This document shows, piece after piece, positions 47,518 through 61,335 of a stretch of DNA of 64,000 nucleotides. The position numbers were made by a program, and so were the translations under genes. Source of the DNA: Macrostomum hystrix (taxonomy: Eukaryota; Animalia; Platyhelminthes); assembly GCA_950097015.1 (NCBI GenBank), contig CATNEN010000039.1, positions 620,001 to 684,000 of the forward strand, written 5' to 3'. The notes beneath the pieces were generated by a model that was not told the origin of the DNA, searched no databases, and saw nothing but the letters and a program-made list of their open reading frames with translations. Every line of letters starts with the position of its first letter. The first letter of the stretch is position 1.

Positions 47518-49133
47518 ATGCAGACCTGCCTAACGGTGAACGCGTCCGACTACTCCGACCTGCTGCAGATTCCCTCGCTGCGGGCGGCCCTGTCAGCACT
47601 GTGGACCGGCGTGGGCCTGGTGATGTTTGTCGGCAACCTGCTGGTGATCAGCACCATCCTGGCCTACAGGGCCATGCGCACAGTCACCAACAGCTACATC
47701 CTGAACCTGGCCATCACTGACCTGCTGGTAGCTGTCATTGTGCTGCCCATGAAGGGCATCCAGCTCATGGGGCCCTGTCCGCTGTCAGCTGCGATCTTCA
47801 ACCCGATTGGCTGCGCCGTCGTCACGTTCTTCCTCATGCTGCTGGTGTTCACCAGCCTGCTCACTCTGGTTGTCATCTCCATGGAGCGGTGAGTTCAACC
47901 GAAAGTCTCGCGCAGATTGTGCGTGGTAAGATGCCGGTTTAAGTAGGTGATCCAGCTGTTAGGCATCAGACAGGAGTGGGCCCGGGGCCTACTTGGAGTG
48001 CCACAGCGGCAGCTCAACTCCTCATCTTTGCTCATGCTTAGAACTAGAGAAGTGTTATGTAGAATAAGGAATAATGACCCGAGCGAAACTCATGGAAAAC
48101 TCTCCTGTGAAATATGACGGACTCGGTGCGCGAAGCCTCAAGCGGAGCCCCCCCCGCCCACCCGCAGCTTCCTGGCCATTGTGCACCCGCTGCGCAGCCT
48201 GGCCTTCCAGTCGCGGAGCCGCACGGGCCTCTTCCTGCTGCTGACGTGGATCCTGCCGGGCGCCTTCTGCCTGGTACAGGCCTTCCACCCGGCGGCGGTG
48301 CCCTACCACAGCGTCAGCCGGTTCGGAGGCCTACGCAACCAGCACTGCCTGGACAGCTTCAGTGTGGGCGGCCGGCGAGCCTACGTGCTCAGCTCGTTCG
48401 CACTGCTCTTCCTCTGCCCCCTGGCTGTGGTGGCCTTCACCTCCTGCTCCATTGTTCGCGCACTCATGCGGCCGGCGCAGCACCTGCTGGAGGCTGGGGG
48501 CAGTGAAGGCGGCAGAAGCGGCGTCTGCGGCGGCGGTGTCAGTGGCGGAGGAGCGAGCACGGCAGCTCAGGCCAGGATTGACAGCAAGAGGAAGGTGAGA
48601 CCGCATTTCGATGATGAGGATGCTGAGGATCATTTTTAGCACAAGCAGTGGCGCAGCACAAAAAAATGCACAGACACTTGACGTAATCTCAACAAACGCA
48701 TGAACTGCAGGTTGCCAAGATGATAGTCGTTGTGACATGCCTGTACCTTGTGTCTTGGGTGCCCTGGTACACCGTGAACCTCATAGCCCTGTTCGACACG
48801 AACCTGTTCAACGAGAACTACGGCTTCTTGATGGTGGTGCTGCACTTGATCGGCTTCGCGAATTCCGCCGGCAACCCCATTGTGTACTACTTCATGTCGC
48901 AGCGCTTCCGCCAGAGCTACTACCGACTGTTCGCCCGGCTGCTGTTCTGCCGCGGCGACACAGGCGAAGGTGGCGCGAGTAATGCTGGACTCATCGGCGG
49001 CGCTAATCGACAGCAGCGCGTCGGCACGCTGCCGCATTCGCCAATACTGGAGGCGGCGGCTGAGTCAGCCGCGAATGTCCCACTGGAGATGCGGCAGCTG
49101 CGGCCGGACGCAAGTCGGAGGGCGGGGCCGTAG
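47518..49133 (+). CDS. Rhodopsin-family neuropeptide GPCR; exons 47518-47888, 48168-48594, 48711-49133; about 406 aa
   Basis: GNLLVI, MRTVTNSYILNLAITDLL, ISMER|FLAIVHPL, SWVPWY and NSAGNPIVYYFMSQRFR. These resemble orexin/allatotropin/CCK/QRFP-type receptors. Confidence 0.93.
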
Positions 49134-50446
49134 ACAACCGGCTTTGGCAGGCTGAGGTTGTCGGACTGAAAAGACTAAATGACTGTTTGTAAAAACTGTA
49201 TTCAGATGTGCAAGGATTTATCATAAATCACGTCTAAACAAAATAAAGAACACGTTTTAAAAAAATTTCTGGCCAATTTTTAATGATCTGTATTTCTCCA
49301 TTCAGTTCAGTTTCATCTCTGCGCATGTGTGATAAGTTTCAGTTTTCAAAATAAAGCGTATATGTTTTTGCAGACTGACTGAAAATTGACTGCAGGTGCA
49401 TGGTTCGGCAGGACCAACATTGCGGCTCAACAACGAGCCTTGCATATGATTTTCTACTCAAAAGCATGCAAGAGCAATTGCAGCTCTAACAGGCAAGCCA
49501 TAAATCAGAAGCTGCAGCCTGACCCGGCGTCGGCCTCAATTAGCGAGTCGCAGCGGACGGTACCTGCTCCGTGGCGCAGCTGGCTAATTACCGTTGTTGA
49601 AAGAGACGCCCCGCTCTCGCAGGCAGAAGACGCTGAGGGCCCTGTTGAGGCAGCGGATGAGGCAAGCTTTGAAGGACATCTGCGCAGCTCTGAGTGCATC
49701 TGCGACTGTGGCCAACTAATTTCATCAGATATTTCTGAGCAGCCTTAATTGAGTCTGCGCAGTGTTGAGGGCTAGCCACAGCCAGCCCCAAGCAGTCCCG
49801 CCAGCGCTTCTTCGCTTTCCCTCGGGCCAGCAGATGCTGCCAAGGGTGAGAGTGAGACTTGCGTCTGGTTTCGCACCCAAAATGTGCAGAAATACGCGAA
49901 TTCACTGCCTGGAAAATGCAGCTGTCCGGGCAGCCTCCGCAGCCTTCCGTCCCTGCATATGTCACTCGCAAAATCTGTTTTCTCAACTTTCTGCCTGTTT
50001 CTAAATCAGTCTCAACAATGACTTCTACAATCCCACACTTCTCGGCTCCTCTCATCTCATTGCCCCACGTGCTGTCACGAACTAGATCTCGAGTCTGCTC
50101 GCAGACGACGAATGCGAATGGGCCGCAAGTGGGACAGTCCTGAGTATCACGTCACCCTTTGAATATGATAGAAAGGCTGGATGCCCTGACAGCAGCGGTG
50201 CATGATGAAAAGGAACAGTGCAGAATACCTCTGTCAGTAAAGGAAATGAGAGACTTTCGGGGCTGAGCAACGGAAAACGGAAAATATCTAAATGGCACCA
50301 GCAAATATCTTACTATAGCCTGACAGGTCTGAGATACACCAAGCGACTCACTTAGAGCAGGCCTTCACACGAGCTTAATCTATTACGAGCTCACATGTTG
50401 CATTCTAGAGCATCAGCTGGTTTGTTAGACAGCGCAGTAAACCACC

Positions 50447-50935
50447 TTCAAATCATGATCACATCGCAGAGAACCCCTCAAATCACTGATCACATCGCAG
50501 AGAACCCCTCAAATCACTGATCACATCACAGAGAACCCCTCAAATCACTGATCACATCACAGAGAACCCCTCAAATCACTGATCACATCACAGAGAACCC
50601 CTCAAATCACTGATCACATCACAGAGAACCCCTCAAATCACTGATCACATCACAGAGAACCCCTCAAATCACTGATCACATCACAGAGAACCCCTTAAAT
50701 CACTGATCACATCGCAGAGAAAACCCCTCAAATCACTGATCACATCACAGAGAACCCCTTAAATCACTGATCACATCACAGAGAACCCCTCAAATCACTG
50801 ATCACATCACAGAGAACCCCTCAAATCACTGATCACATCACAGAGAACCCCTCAAATCACTGATCACATCACAGAGAACCCCTCAAATCACTGATCACAT
50901 CACAGAGAACCCCTCAAATCACTGATCACATCACA
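50447..50935. repeat. 31-bp minisatellite (AAATCACTGATCACATCACAGAGAACCCCTC), about 16 copies
   Basis: Tandem periodicity. Confidence 0.95.
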
Positions 50936-52239
50936 AGCCTCAATCCTGGCTAGAGGTATGTCTCTAAAAAGTACCTAAGCACATAAACTATCAAAAAGTG
51001 CCCATAATATGTGACTAGTTTTAGGCGAGCCATCGGACCGAAAAAAACTCATTCTTGGTTGGCTTTGTCTTTGATTTGTTGCGTGCGGCAACGTTGGCGG
51101 AGTTTATTGAAGTGCCGATGGTCGCTACCCAAGCGCTGCTGATGTTAGTGACTGTAGAAAACTCTAGCACTTGTAGTCATTAGAAAGAATCAGAGCTCGT
51201 ATACTAAATACTAAAATCTTGATTTTATTAGCTGCTTGTAGATATTGCTTCTTCACGACTCTGCCGCGCACAATCACGATTGCTGTGCTGCTCCGGCGGT
51301 CATTGGGTCTCAGCAGATTCGACCCTGCAGTGCCACTCGAATCTCTTGATTCATGTCCCCGGGCTCACCGGCCTGCATTGTGCGTCGACACAGTTCGCCA
51401 TGTATTTCCTGAGCCTGAGAGGAGAAAGAGAAGAAATTATTCCGGCTGCCAAACCCCGGGTTCCTGGGTGCATAATGCTCATGAGCATTGTTTAATCTAG
51501 AGAAGAACCTCGGGTTCGCAGGAGAGTACTTTTAGCCTTTTTCGCCCATTTTCTTCTTGTAATACAATACTTTGCTATTGCAGCATCGCTTCGCGGTCTC
51601 GATGCAGGCCACGCAAGGAGATGTGTTGCATTGTAGCTAGAAGTACATAGTTTGAGGGAGAAATCTCATCCTGGCTAAAACCCTTGTCGTTAAAAGTAAA
51701 GAGATGAGAAGGTCTTCTACGAGCTCTCAAGCAGACCACGACATCAACGGCTGCCCAACCCTCAGGGAATCGATTTTAGGATTTCGGGCTACTTTCGGTT
51801 TAAGTCAGAGGACGGGTCATCCGTAAGTGGCAGCTCGAACTCGACCCGTTCAACCAAACCCTGCAAGAAACTGCTGCTCAAATAAGGCGTAGGTAACAAC
51901 TAGGCAGGCCCTTGGCTTTGCATGCAAGCGGTTGGATTGAAAGTCTTATGTGACAAGGTCCTTAATTAAGAGTATTTTTTCAGCACGCACATGTAGGCCA
52001 GACTCGAAAATTCAGGCTAATTATTCACCAGGCAGCACTAACATATGGCACAAAAGGACCCTGATTTAACAATTAAATACAAGTATATCCAACCTGATAG
52101 AAAAAGTGCACTGAAGAGGCTCTGACGCTGCTCAACAACTTTATGGCCGCTGGCATCTGTCCAGACTGTGAATTCCAGCACAACGTGAAAAAGTGTCCGG
52201 TGCAGAGCACCTGACTGCGGTGCTTTCCGCTCCTTTCAA

Positions 52240-52880
52240 ACAGTCCTGCTGTGCCCCGCGACTCCAGACCGGCTGAGGGCGGTTGTACCAGGCTGTGATC
52301 GAAACCATGCTCCGATGAAACGCCCACACGTGGAACCTGACGAGCTCGCAGGAGCGGCAGTTAGACACCCCGCACGCTGCAATTCTGCGCGCCGCCCTCG
52401 GAGTTTCGCGTACTCGCCAACAACGTCACCAACATCTGAATGACAAGCTGTACTGCCGAGCCCAGCTCCGCCAACCAAGCCAGTTACTGCGCACCCGGCG
52501 CCTGCAGCTAGCCGGCCACGTCATCCTGTTGTGGACCACGCGATATATTAGTTCATTTGTTGTCCATTGATTTGTAACGCCTACGCGCGGCCCCGACGTG
52601 TGTAGTACTTGCCTATTATGTAACACTTGCTCACCACGTGCATGCCACTCAATATAAATATAGAGTGCGGGGTCGCAGAACCTATATGCTTGCTACAACA
52701 TTCAAACACTGTGTTAAATACACAACACATCCGAGCAGCGCTGCCCAGAGACCGTGCAGGATGTGCTGCTGCTTTCCCTGCCCACGGCGGTGTGGCCAGG
52801 CCAAGGCGAGGGCAATGCGCTATGTCGACGTACTTCTGTCTGACGCCGGCATCTCCGACCCTCGTGAACTAACAACTCTG
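52240..52880 (+). mobile_element. Degenerate RTE-clade LINE 3' fragment, interrupted by a solo LTR
   Basis: Translates with stops and frameshifts to RLYQAVIETML*.AHTWNLT..QERQLD..HAAILRAALGV...LRTRRLQLAGHVI / CPETVQDVLLL / RYVDVLLSDAG, typical of the RTE post-RT region. Confidence 0.75.
52527..52727. mobile_element. 201-bp solo LTR or small TG-CA element
   Basis: TGTTGTG...CACAACA terminal inverted repeat, perfect 5-bp TSD CATCC (52522-52526 and 52728-52732), internal TATAAATA. Confidence 0.8.
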
Positions 52881-53505
52881 CTATGCCTGAGCATTTTGAC
52901 AACTGCCTGAGCATTTTGATCAGGATAGTTGTACTCGTAATTTTTTGTTGTTGTTGATTCACTTCGACAGGATTGGCAATTCGACAGCCCGCTGTTTGAA
53001 CGGGCGATCATACGCGTCCAGTAAGTAAAGTGCATACTGGGCACACAAGAACACGGATGGACATTATATATTGTGGAGAATGAGCCTTGCTTTAGTCATG
53101 ATGAGGCTGAGGCGAAAGCAAAGCAAAAGACAAAATATGGGTGTTTGTGATCTTCGGTACAATATTTGTGCCGCACCGATGCGGGAACTGGCTGGAGCAT
53201 CGCTTCACAGCGCGCCTGTTCAGCGGCATTCTTCAGTGTGAGAAATCGATGAAGCAGGACGAAGCCGGCAACGCTAAGCTCATCAGGCATGCAGCCGGCT
53301 GGCAGTGATCGAAGCTGTCAACAGCTGGCTTAATGTAGTTAGTGGCAGCTCCCTAATTGAGACCAGTCGATAGCCGGTGAGAACAAAGTCAAGGCCGCTA
53401 ATGAAATTCATGAGCAGCCTCCCAATTACGTGCCAAGCTGCCTGCACCTTAAATAAAACACGCTTGATACTTCTAAAACAAACATTCTTTATGATTCAAA
53501 GACAA

Positions 53506-55686
53506 AGCTCAGCATTGAATACATGATGCATCACAGCTCAGCATTGAATACATGATGCATCACAGCTCAGCATTGAATACATGATGCATCACAGCTCAGC
53601 ATTGAATACATGATGCATCACAGCTCAGCATTGAATACATGATGCATCACAGCTCAGCATTGAATACATGATGCATCACAGCTCAGCATTGAATACATGA
53701 TGCATCACAGCTCAGCATTGAATACATGATGCATCACAGCTCAGCATTGAATACATGATGCATCACAGCTCAGCATTGAATACATGATGCATCACAGCTC
53801 AGCATTGAATACATGATGCATCACAGCTCAGCATTGAATACATGATGCATCACAGCTCAGCATTGAATACATGATGCATCACAGCTCAGCATTGAATACA
53901 TGATGCATCACAGCTCAGCATTGAATACATGATGCATCACAGCTCAGCATTGAATACATGATGCATCACAGCTCAGCATTGAATACATGATGCATCACAG
54001 CTCAGCATTGAATACATGATGCATCACAGCTCAGCATTGAATACATGATGCATCACAGCTCAGCATTGAATACATGATGCATCACAGCTCAGCATTGAAT
54101 ACATGATGCATCACAGCTCAGCATTGAATACATGATGCATCACAGCTCAGCATTGAATACATGATGCATCACAGCTCAGCATTGAATACATGATGCATCA
54201 CAGCTCAGCATTGAATACATGATGGTTCACAGCTCAGCATTGAATACATGATGCATCACAGCTCAGCATTGAATACATGATGCATCACAGCTCAGCATTG
54301 AATACATGATGCATCACAGCTCAGCATTGAATACATGATGCATCACAGCTCAGCATTGAATACATGATGCATCACAGCTCAGCATTGAATACATGATACA
54401 TCACAGCTCAGCATTGAATACATGATGCATCACAGCTCAGCATTGAATACATGATGCATCACAGCTCAGCATTGAATACATGATGCATCACAGCTCAGCA
54501 TTGAATACATGATACATCACAGCTCAGCATTGAATACATGATGCATCACAGCTCAGCATTGAATACATGATGCATCACAGCTCAGCATTGAATACATGAT
54601 ACATCACAGCTCAGCATTGAATACATGATGCATCACAGCTCAGCATTGAATACATGATGCATCACAGCTCAGCATTGAATACATGATGCATCACAGCTCA
54701 GCATTGAATACATGATGCATCACAGCTCAGCATTGAATACATGATACATCACAGCTCAGCATTGAATACATGATGCATCACAGCTCAGCATTGAATACAT
54801 GATGCATCACAGCTCAGCATTGAATACATGATGCATCACAGCTCAGCATTGAATACATGATGCATCACAGCTCAGCATTGAATACATGATGCATCACAGC
54901 TCAGCATTGAATACATGATGCATCACAGCTCAGCATTGAATACATGATGCATCATAGCTCAGCATTGAATACATGATGCATCACAGCTCAGCATTGAATA
55001 CATGATGCATCACAGCTCAGCATTGAATACATGATGCATCACAGCTCAGCATTGAATACATGATGCATCACAGCTCAGCATTGAATACATGATGCATCAC
55101 AGCTCAGCATTGAATACATGATGCATCACAGCTCAGCATTGAATACATGATGCATCACAGCTCAGCATTGAATACATGATGCATCACAGCTCAGCATTGA
55201 ATACATGATGCATCACAGCTCAGCATTGAATACATGATGCATCACAGCTCAGCATTGAATACATGATGCATCACAGCTCAGCATTGAATACACGATGCAT
55301 CACAGCTCAGCATTGAATACATGATGCATCACAGCTCAGCATTGAATACATGATGCATCACAGCTCAGCATTGAATACATGATGCATCACAGCTCAGCAT
55401 TGAATACATGATGCATCACAGCTCAGCATTGAATACATGATGCATCACAGCTCAGCATTGAATACATGATGCATCACAGCTCAGCATTGAATACATGATG
55501 CATCACAGCTCAGCATTGAATACATGATGCATCACAGCTCAGCATTGAATACATGATGCATCATAGCTCAGCATTGAATACATGATGCATCACAGCTCAG
55601 CATTGAATACATGATGCATCACAGCTCAGCATTGAATACATGATGCATCACAGCTCAGCATTGAATACATGATGGTTCACAGCTCA
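53506..55686. repeat. 29-bp minisatellite (AGCTCAGCATTGAATACATGATGCATCAC), about 75 copies
   Basis: Highly homogeneous array; the unit contains the palindrome TGATGCATCA. Confidence 0.97.
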
Positions 55687-56056
55687 CATAAATTTAGATT
55701 TAGTTAGCCATCAGATAGAATCGCTCAGAGACCATCAGGTAGAACAGAGCAGTAAGCAAGGCCTGAGCAGCAACTCACAGGCATTAGTGCTGATTAGAAA
55801 AAGAGAAAACAAGCAAATGTTCACGCATAAACTTTTCCCTTTGGCAGTGACAGCCTGGTAAATATCCTGGCAGGACTAGGCCAGCCAATATTAGCTACAA
55901 AGTTGAGCTGAACACTTTACAGCCCGAGTCCGCTGCAGTGTATATTGGGCTATCTCGCAGGGGTACTTTGAAGGACAGAAACTCTACAAAAGAGCAGCCA
56001 ATTGAAACTACTCAAACTGTTTCTGAATCAGTCTGAAGATTAGCTGACATGCCTCA

Positions 56057-56682
56057 TCAGGCAGCATCAATTCCAGGTGCAGCTGTCTCAGCCTCCGCGC
56101 ACAGCTGCCGAGCCAGCAGGAGCTGCTCAGACTCAGGCAGTTCAGGCCGCAGCCGTTTAACAATAGACAGGTGATGAGCCAGGCTGCGCTCGTCTACCTG
56201 CGGGTTGGTTAAGAGTTCAGCGACTCGATGAACGGCCTCAGTTCAGCATTTTGAAGAGAATCTTTTGCTATTTTTTAGTTATAGTCAATATAACTATAAA
56301 TAGTGAAAACTGTATATTACTATACTATTAGTAGAGTGGAGTGAAAGGGCTGCGAAAAAATCCGCTGTACCTGATCGACGGACGCTGTCGCTGCCGACCC
56401 AGTCGCCTGTTTCGGTGCCTCCAGCGTGAACAGATTGTGCATCTGGCCGGAGGTCAAGCCGCTGGCAAACTGCCGCTGCCTGTCAGCGTCCTCCGCGTAC
56501 AGAATGGACCGAACCGCCTGCTGGGGCAGCGGCCTATCGTAGCGCGGCTCCTGGGCTGGCGGAAACCTGGCATAGACGTCGTACCAGAGCGGCGCGCCGC
56601 TGGGCGCCACCGCGCCGCTGCGGATCAGACCGTGGACGCGGCTGAACAGCGGCGCGAACCTCTCCAGGCGACTGCCGGCCAT
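56057..56682 (-). CDS. MRPS23: Mitochondrial ribosomal protein S23; exons 56682-56371, 56197-56057; about 150 aa
   Basis: MAGSRLER...LFSRVHGLIRSGA...PLWYDVYARFPP..EPRYDRP...ILYAED signature; phase-0 intron. Confidence 0.92.
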
Positions 56683-56791
56683 CGTGCTGTGGGCGGGGGA
56701 AAATGGGAGGGAAGACTGAGCTAACTGAGGCCGTGCACCGTGCACTGAGATGGAACTGCCACTTGGCAACGGCAGAATGACCGGCAAGTCG

Positions 56792-59700
56792 CTAGCTACC
56801 GAAGGACTAGAGGTTAGCTACCGAAGGACTAGAGAGGTTAGCTACCGAAGGACTAGAGAGGTTAGCTACCGAAGGACTAGAGAGGTTAGCTACCGAAGGA
56901 CTAGAGAGGTTAGCTACCGAAGGACTAGAGAGGTTAGCTACCGAAGGACTAGAGAGGTTAGCTACCGAAGGACTAGAGAGGTTAGCTACCGAAGGACTAG
57001 AGAGGTTAGCTACCGAAGGACTAGAGAGGTTAGCTACCGAAGGACTAGAGAAGTTAGCTACCGAAGGACTAGAGAGGTTAGCTACCGAAGGACTAGAGAG
57101 GTTAGCTACCGAAGGACTAGAGAGATTAGCTACCGGAGGACTAGAGAGATTAGCTACCGAAGGAGTAGAGAGGTTAGCTACCGAAGGAGTAGAGAGATTA
57201 GCTACCGAAGGACTAGAGAGGTTAGCTACCGAAGGACTAGAGAGATTAGCTACCGAAGGAGTAGAGAGGTTAGCTACCGAAGGACTAGAGAGGTTAGCTA
57301 CCGAAGGACTAGAGAGATTAGCTACCGGAGGACTAGAGAGATTAGCTACCGAAGGAGTAGAGAGGTTAGCTACCGAAGGAGTAGAGAGGTTAGCTACCGA
57401 AGGACTAGAGAGATTAGCTACCGGAGGACTAGAGAGATTAGCTACCGAAGGAGTAGAGAGGTTAGCTACCGAAGGAGTAGAGAGGTTAGCTACCGAAGGA
57501 CTAGAGAGGTTAGCTACCGAAGGACTAGAGAGGTTAGCTACCGAAGGACTAGAGAGGTTAGCTACCGAAGGACTAGAGAGGTTAGCTACCGAAGGACTAG
57601 AGAGGTTAGCTACCGAAGGACTAGAGAAGTTAGCTACCGAAGGACTAGAGAGGTTAGCTACCGAAGGACTAGAGAGGTTAGCTACCGAAGGAGTAGAGAG
57701 GTTAGCTACCGGAGGACTAGAGAGATTAGCTACCGAAGGAGTAGAGAGGTTAGCTACCGAAGGAGTAGAGAGGTTAGCTACCGAAGGACTAGAGAGATTA
57801 GCTACCGGAGGACTAGAGAGATTAGCTACCGAAGGAGTAGAGAGGTTAGCTACCGAAGGAGTAGAGAGGTTAGCTACCGAAGGACTAGAGAGGTTAGCTA
57901 CCGGAGGACTAGAGAGATTAGCTACCGAAGGAGTAGAGAGGTTAGCTACCGAAGGACTAGAGAGGTTAGCTACCGAAGGACTAGAGAGATTAGCTACCGG
58001 AGGACTAGAGAGGTTAGCTACCGAAGGACTAGAGAGGTTAGCTACCGAAGGACTAGAGAGGTTAGCTACCGAAGGACTAGAGAGGTTAGCTACCGAAGGA
58101 CTAGAGAAGTTAGCTACCGAAGGACTAGAGAGGTTAGCTACCGAAGGACTAGAGAGGTTAGCTACCGAAGGAGTAGAGAGGTTAGCTACCGGAGGACTAG
58201 AGAGGTTAGCTACCGAAGGAGTAGAGAGGTTAGCTACCGAAGGACTAGAGAGATTAGCTACCGGAGGACGAGCTGGTTTAGCTACCGAAGGACTAGAGAG
58301 ATTAGCTACCGAAGGAGTAGAGAGGTTAGCTACCGAAGGACTAGAGAGGTTAGCTACCGAAGGACTAGAGAGATTAGCTACCGAAGGAGTAGAGAGGTTA
58401 GCTACCGAAGGAGTAGAGAGGTTAGCTTCCGAAGGACTAGAGAGGTTAGCTACCGAAGGAGTAGAGAGATTAGCTACCGAAGGAGTAGAGAGGTTAGCTA
58501 CCGAAGGACTAGAGAGGTTAGCTACCGAAGGACTAGAGAGATTAGCTACCGGAGGACGAGCTGGTTTAGCTACCGAAGGACTAGAGAGATTAGCTACCGA
58601 AGGAGTAGAGAGGTTAGCTACCGAAGGACTAGAGAGGTTAGCTACCGAAGGACTAGAGAGATTAGCTACCGGAGGACTAGAGAGGTTAGCTACCGAAGGA
58701 CTAGAGAGGTTAGCTACCGGAGGACTAGAGAGATTAGCTACCGAAGGAGTAGAGAGGTTAGCTACCGAAGGACTAGAGAGGTTAGCTACCGAAGGACTAG
58801 AGAGATTAGCTACCGGAGGACTAGAGAGGTTAGCTACCGAAGGACTAGAGAGATTAGCTACCGAAGGAGTAGAGAGGTTAGCTACCGAAGGACTAGAGAG
58901 GTTAGCTACCGAAGGACTAGAGAGGTTAGCTACCGAAGGAGTAGAGAGGTTAGCTACCGAAGGAGTAGAGAGGTTAGCTACCGAAGGACTAGAGAGGTTA
59001 GCTACCGAAGGACTAAAGAGGTTAGCTACCGAAGGACTAGAGAGGTTAGCTACCGAAGGAGTAGAGAGGTTAGCTACCGAAGGAGTAGAGAGGTTAGCTA
59101 CCGAAGGAGTAGAGAGGTTAGCTACCGAAGGACTAGAGAGGTTAGCTACCGAAGGACTAAAGAGGTTAGCTACCGAAGGACTAGAGAGGTTAGCTACCGA
59201 AGGAGTAGAGAGGTTAGCTACCGAAGGACTAGAGAGGTTAGCTACCGAAGGACTAGAGAGATTAGCTACCGAAGGACTAGAGAGATTAGCTACCGAAGGA
59301 CTAGAGAGGTTAGCTACCGAAGGAGTAGAGAGGTTAGCTACCGAAGGAGTAGAGAGGTTAGCTACCGGAGGACTAGAGAGATTAGCTACCGAAGGAGTAG
59401 AGAGGTTAGCTACCGAAGGACTAGAGAGATTAGCTACCGAAGGACTAGAGAGGTTAGCTACCGAAGGAGTAGAGAGGTTAGCTACCGAAGGAGTAGAGAG
59501 GTTAGCTACCGAAGGAGTAGAGAGGTTAGCTACCGAGGACTAGAGAGATTAGCTACCGAAGGAGTAGAGAGGTTAGCTACCGAAGGACTAGAGAGGTTAG
59601 CTACCGAAGGACTAGAGAGGTTAGCTACCGAAGGAGTAGAGAGGTTAGCTACCGAAGGAGTAGAGAGGTTAGCTACCGGAGGACTAGAGAGATTAGCTAC

Positions 59701-61335
59701 CGAAGGAGTAGAGAGGTTAGCTACCGAAGGACTAGAGAGGTTAGCTACCGAAGGACTAGAGAGATTAGCTACCGAAGGACTAGAGAGATTAGCTACCGAG
59801 GACTAGAGAGGTTAGCTACCGAAGGACTAGAGAGATTAGCTACCGGAGGACTAGAGAGATTAGCTACCGAAGGACTAGAGAGATTAGCTACCGAAGGACT
59901 AGAGAGGTTAGCTACCGAAGGACTAGAGAGATTAGCTACCGGAGGACGAGCTGGTTTAGCTACCGAAGGACTAGAGAGGTTAGCTACCGAAGGACTAGAG
60001 AGGTTAGCTACCGAAGGAGTAGAGAGGTTAGCTACCGAAGGACTAGAGAGGTTAGCTACCGAAGGAGTAGAGAGGTTAGCTACCGAAGGAGTAGAGAGGT
60101 TAGCTACCGAAGGAGTAGAGAGGTTAGCTACCGAAGGAGTAGAGAGGTTAGCTACCGAAGGACTAGAGAGGTTAGCTACCGAAGGACTAAAGAGGTTAGC
60201 TACCGAAGGACTAGAGAGGTTAGCTACCGAAGGAGTAGAGAGGTTAGCTACCGAAGGAGTAGAGAGGTTAGCTACCGAAGGAGTAGAGAGGTTAGCTACC
60301 GAAGGACTAGAGAGGTTAGCTACCGAAGGACTAAAGAGGTTAGCTACCGAAGGACTAGAGAGGTTAGCTACCGAAGGAGTAGAGAGGTTAGCTACCGAAG
60401 GACTAGAGAGGTTAGCTACCGAAGGACTAGAGAGATTAGCTACCGAAGGACTAGAGAGATTAGCTACCGAAGGACTAGAGAGGTTAGCTACCGAAGGAGT
60501 AGAGAGGTTAGCTACCGAAGGAGTAGAGAGGTTAGCTACCGGAGGACTAGAGAGATTAGCTACCGAAGGACTAGAGAGATTAGCTACCGAAGGACTAGAG
60601 AGATTAGCTACCGAAGGACTAGAGAGGTTAGCTACCGAAGGAGTAGAGAGGTTAGCTACCGAAGGAGTAGAGAGGTTAGCTACCGAAGGAGTAGAGAGGT
60701 TAGCTACCGGAGGACTAGAGAGATTAGCTACCGAAGGAGTAGAGAGGTTAGCTACCGAAGGACTAGAGAGGTTAGCTACCGAAGGACTAGAGAGGTTAGC
60801 TACCGAAGGAGTAGAGAGGTTAGCTACCGAAGGAGTAGAGAGGTTAGCTACCGGAGGACTAGAGAGATTAGCTACCGAAGGAGTAGAGAGGTTAGCTACC
60901 GAAGGACTAGAGAGGTTAGCTACCGAAGGACTAGAGAGATTAGCTACCGAAGGACTAGAGAGATTAGCTACCGGAGGACTAGAGAGGTTAGCTACCGAAG
61001 GACTAGAGAGATTAGCTACCGGAGGACTAGAGAGATTAGCTACCGAAGGACTAGAGAGATTAGCTACCGAAGGACTAGAGAGGTTAGCTACCGAAGGAGT
61101 AGAGAGATTAGCTACCGAAGGACTAGAGAGATTAGCTACCGGAGGACTAGAGAGATTAGCTACCGAAGGACTAGAGAGATTAGCTACCGAAGGACTAGAG
61201 AGATTAGCTACCGAAGGACTAGAGAGATTAGCTACCGGAGGACTAGAGAGATTAGCTACCGAAGGACTAGAGAGATTAGCTACCGAAGGACTAGAGAGGT
61301 TAGCTACTGGAGGACGAGCTAGTTTAGCTACCGAA
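56792..61335. repeat. 24-bp minisatellite (GCTACCGAAGGACTAGAGAGGTTA), about 190 copies with variant units
   Basis: 4.5-kb tandem array between SBDS and MRPS23. Confidence 0.97.

Noticed and set aside
49386-51500. Short ORFs downstream of the GPCR
   Set aside because: No recognisable motifs, codon bias, or consistent splice structure.
53506-55686. CRISPR-like 29-bp repeats (also the 24-39 bp arrays)
   Set aside because: Head-to-tail repeats with no unique spacers, no cas genes, and a eukaryotic context.
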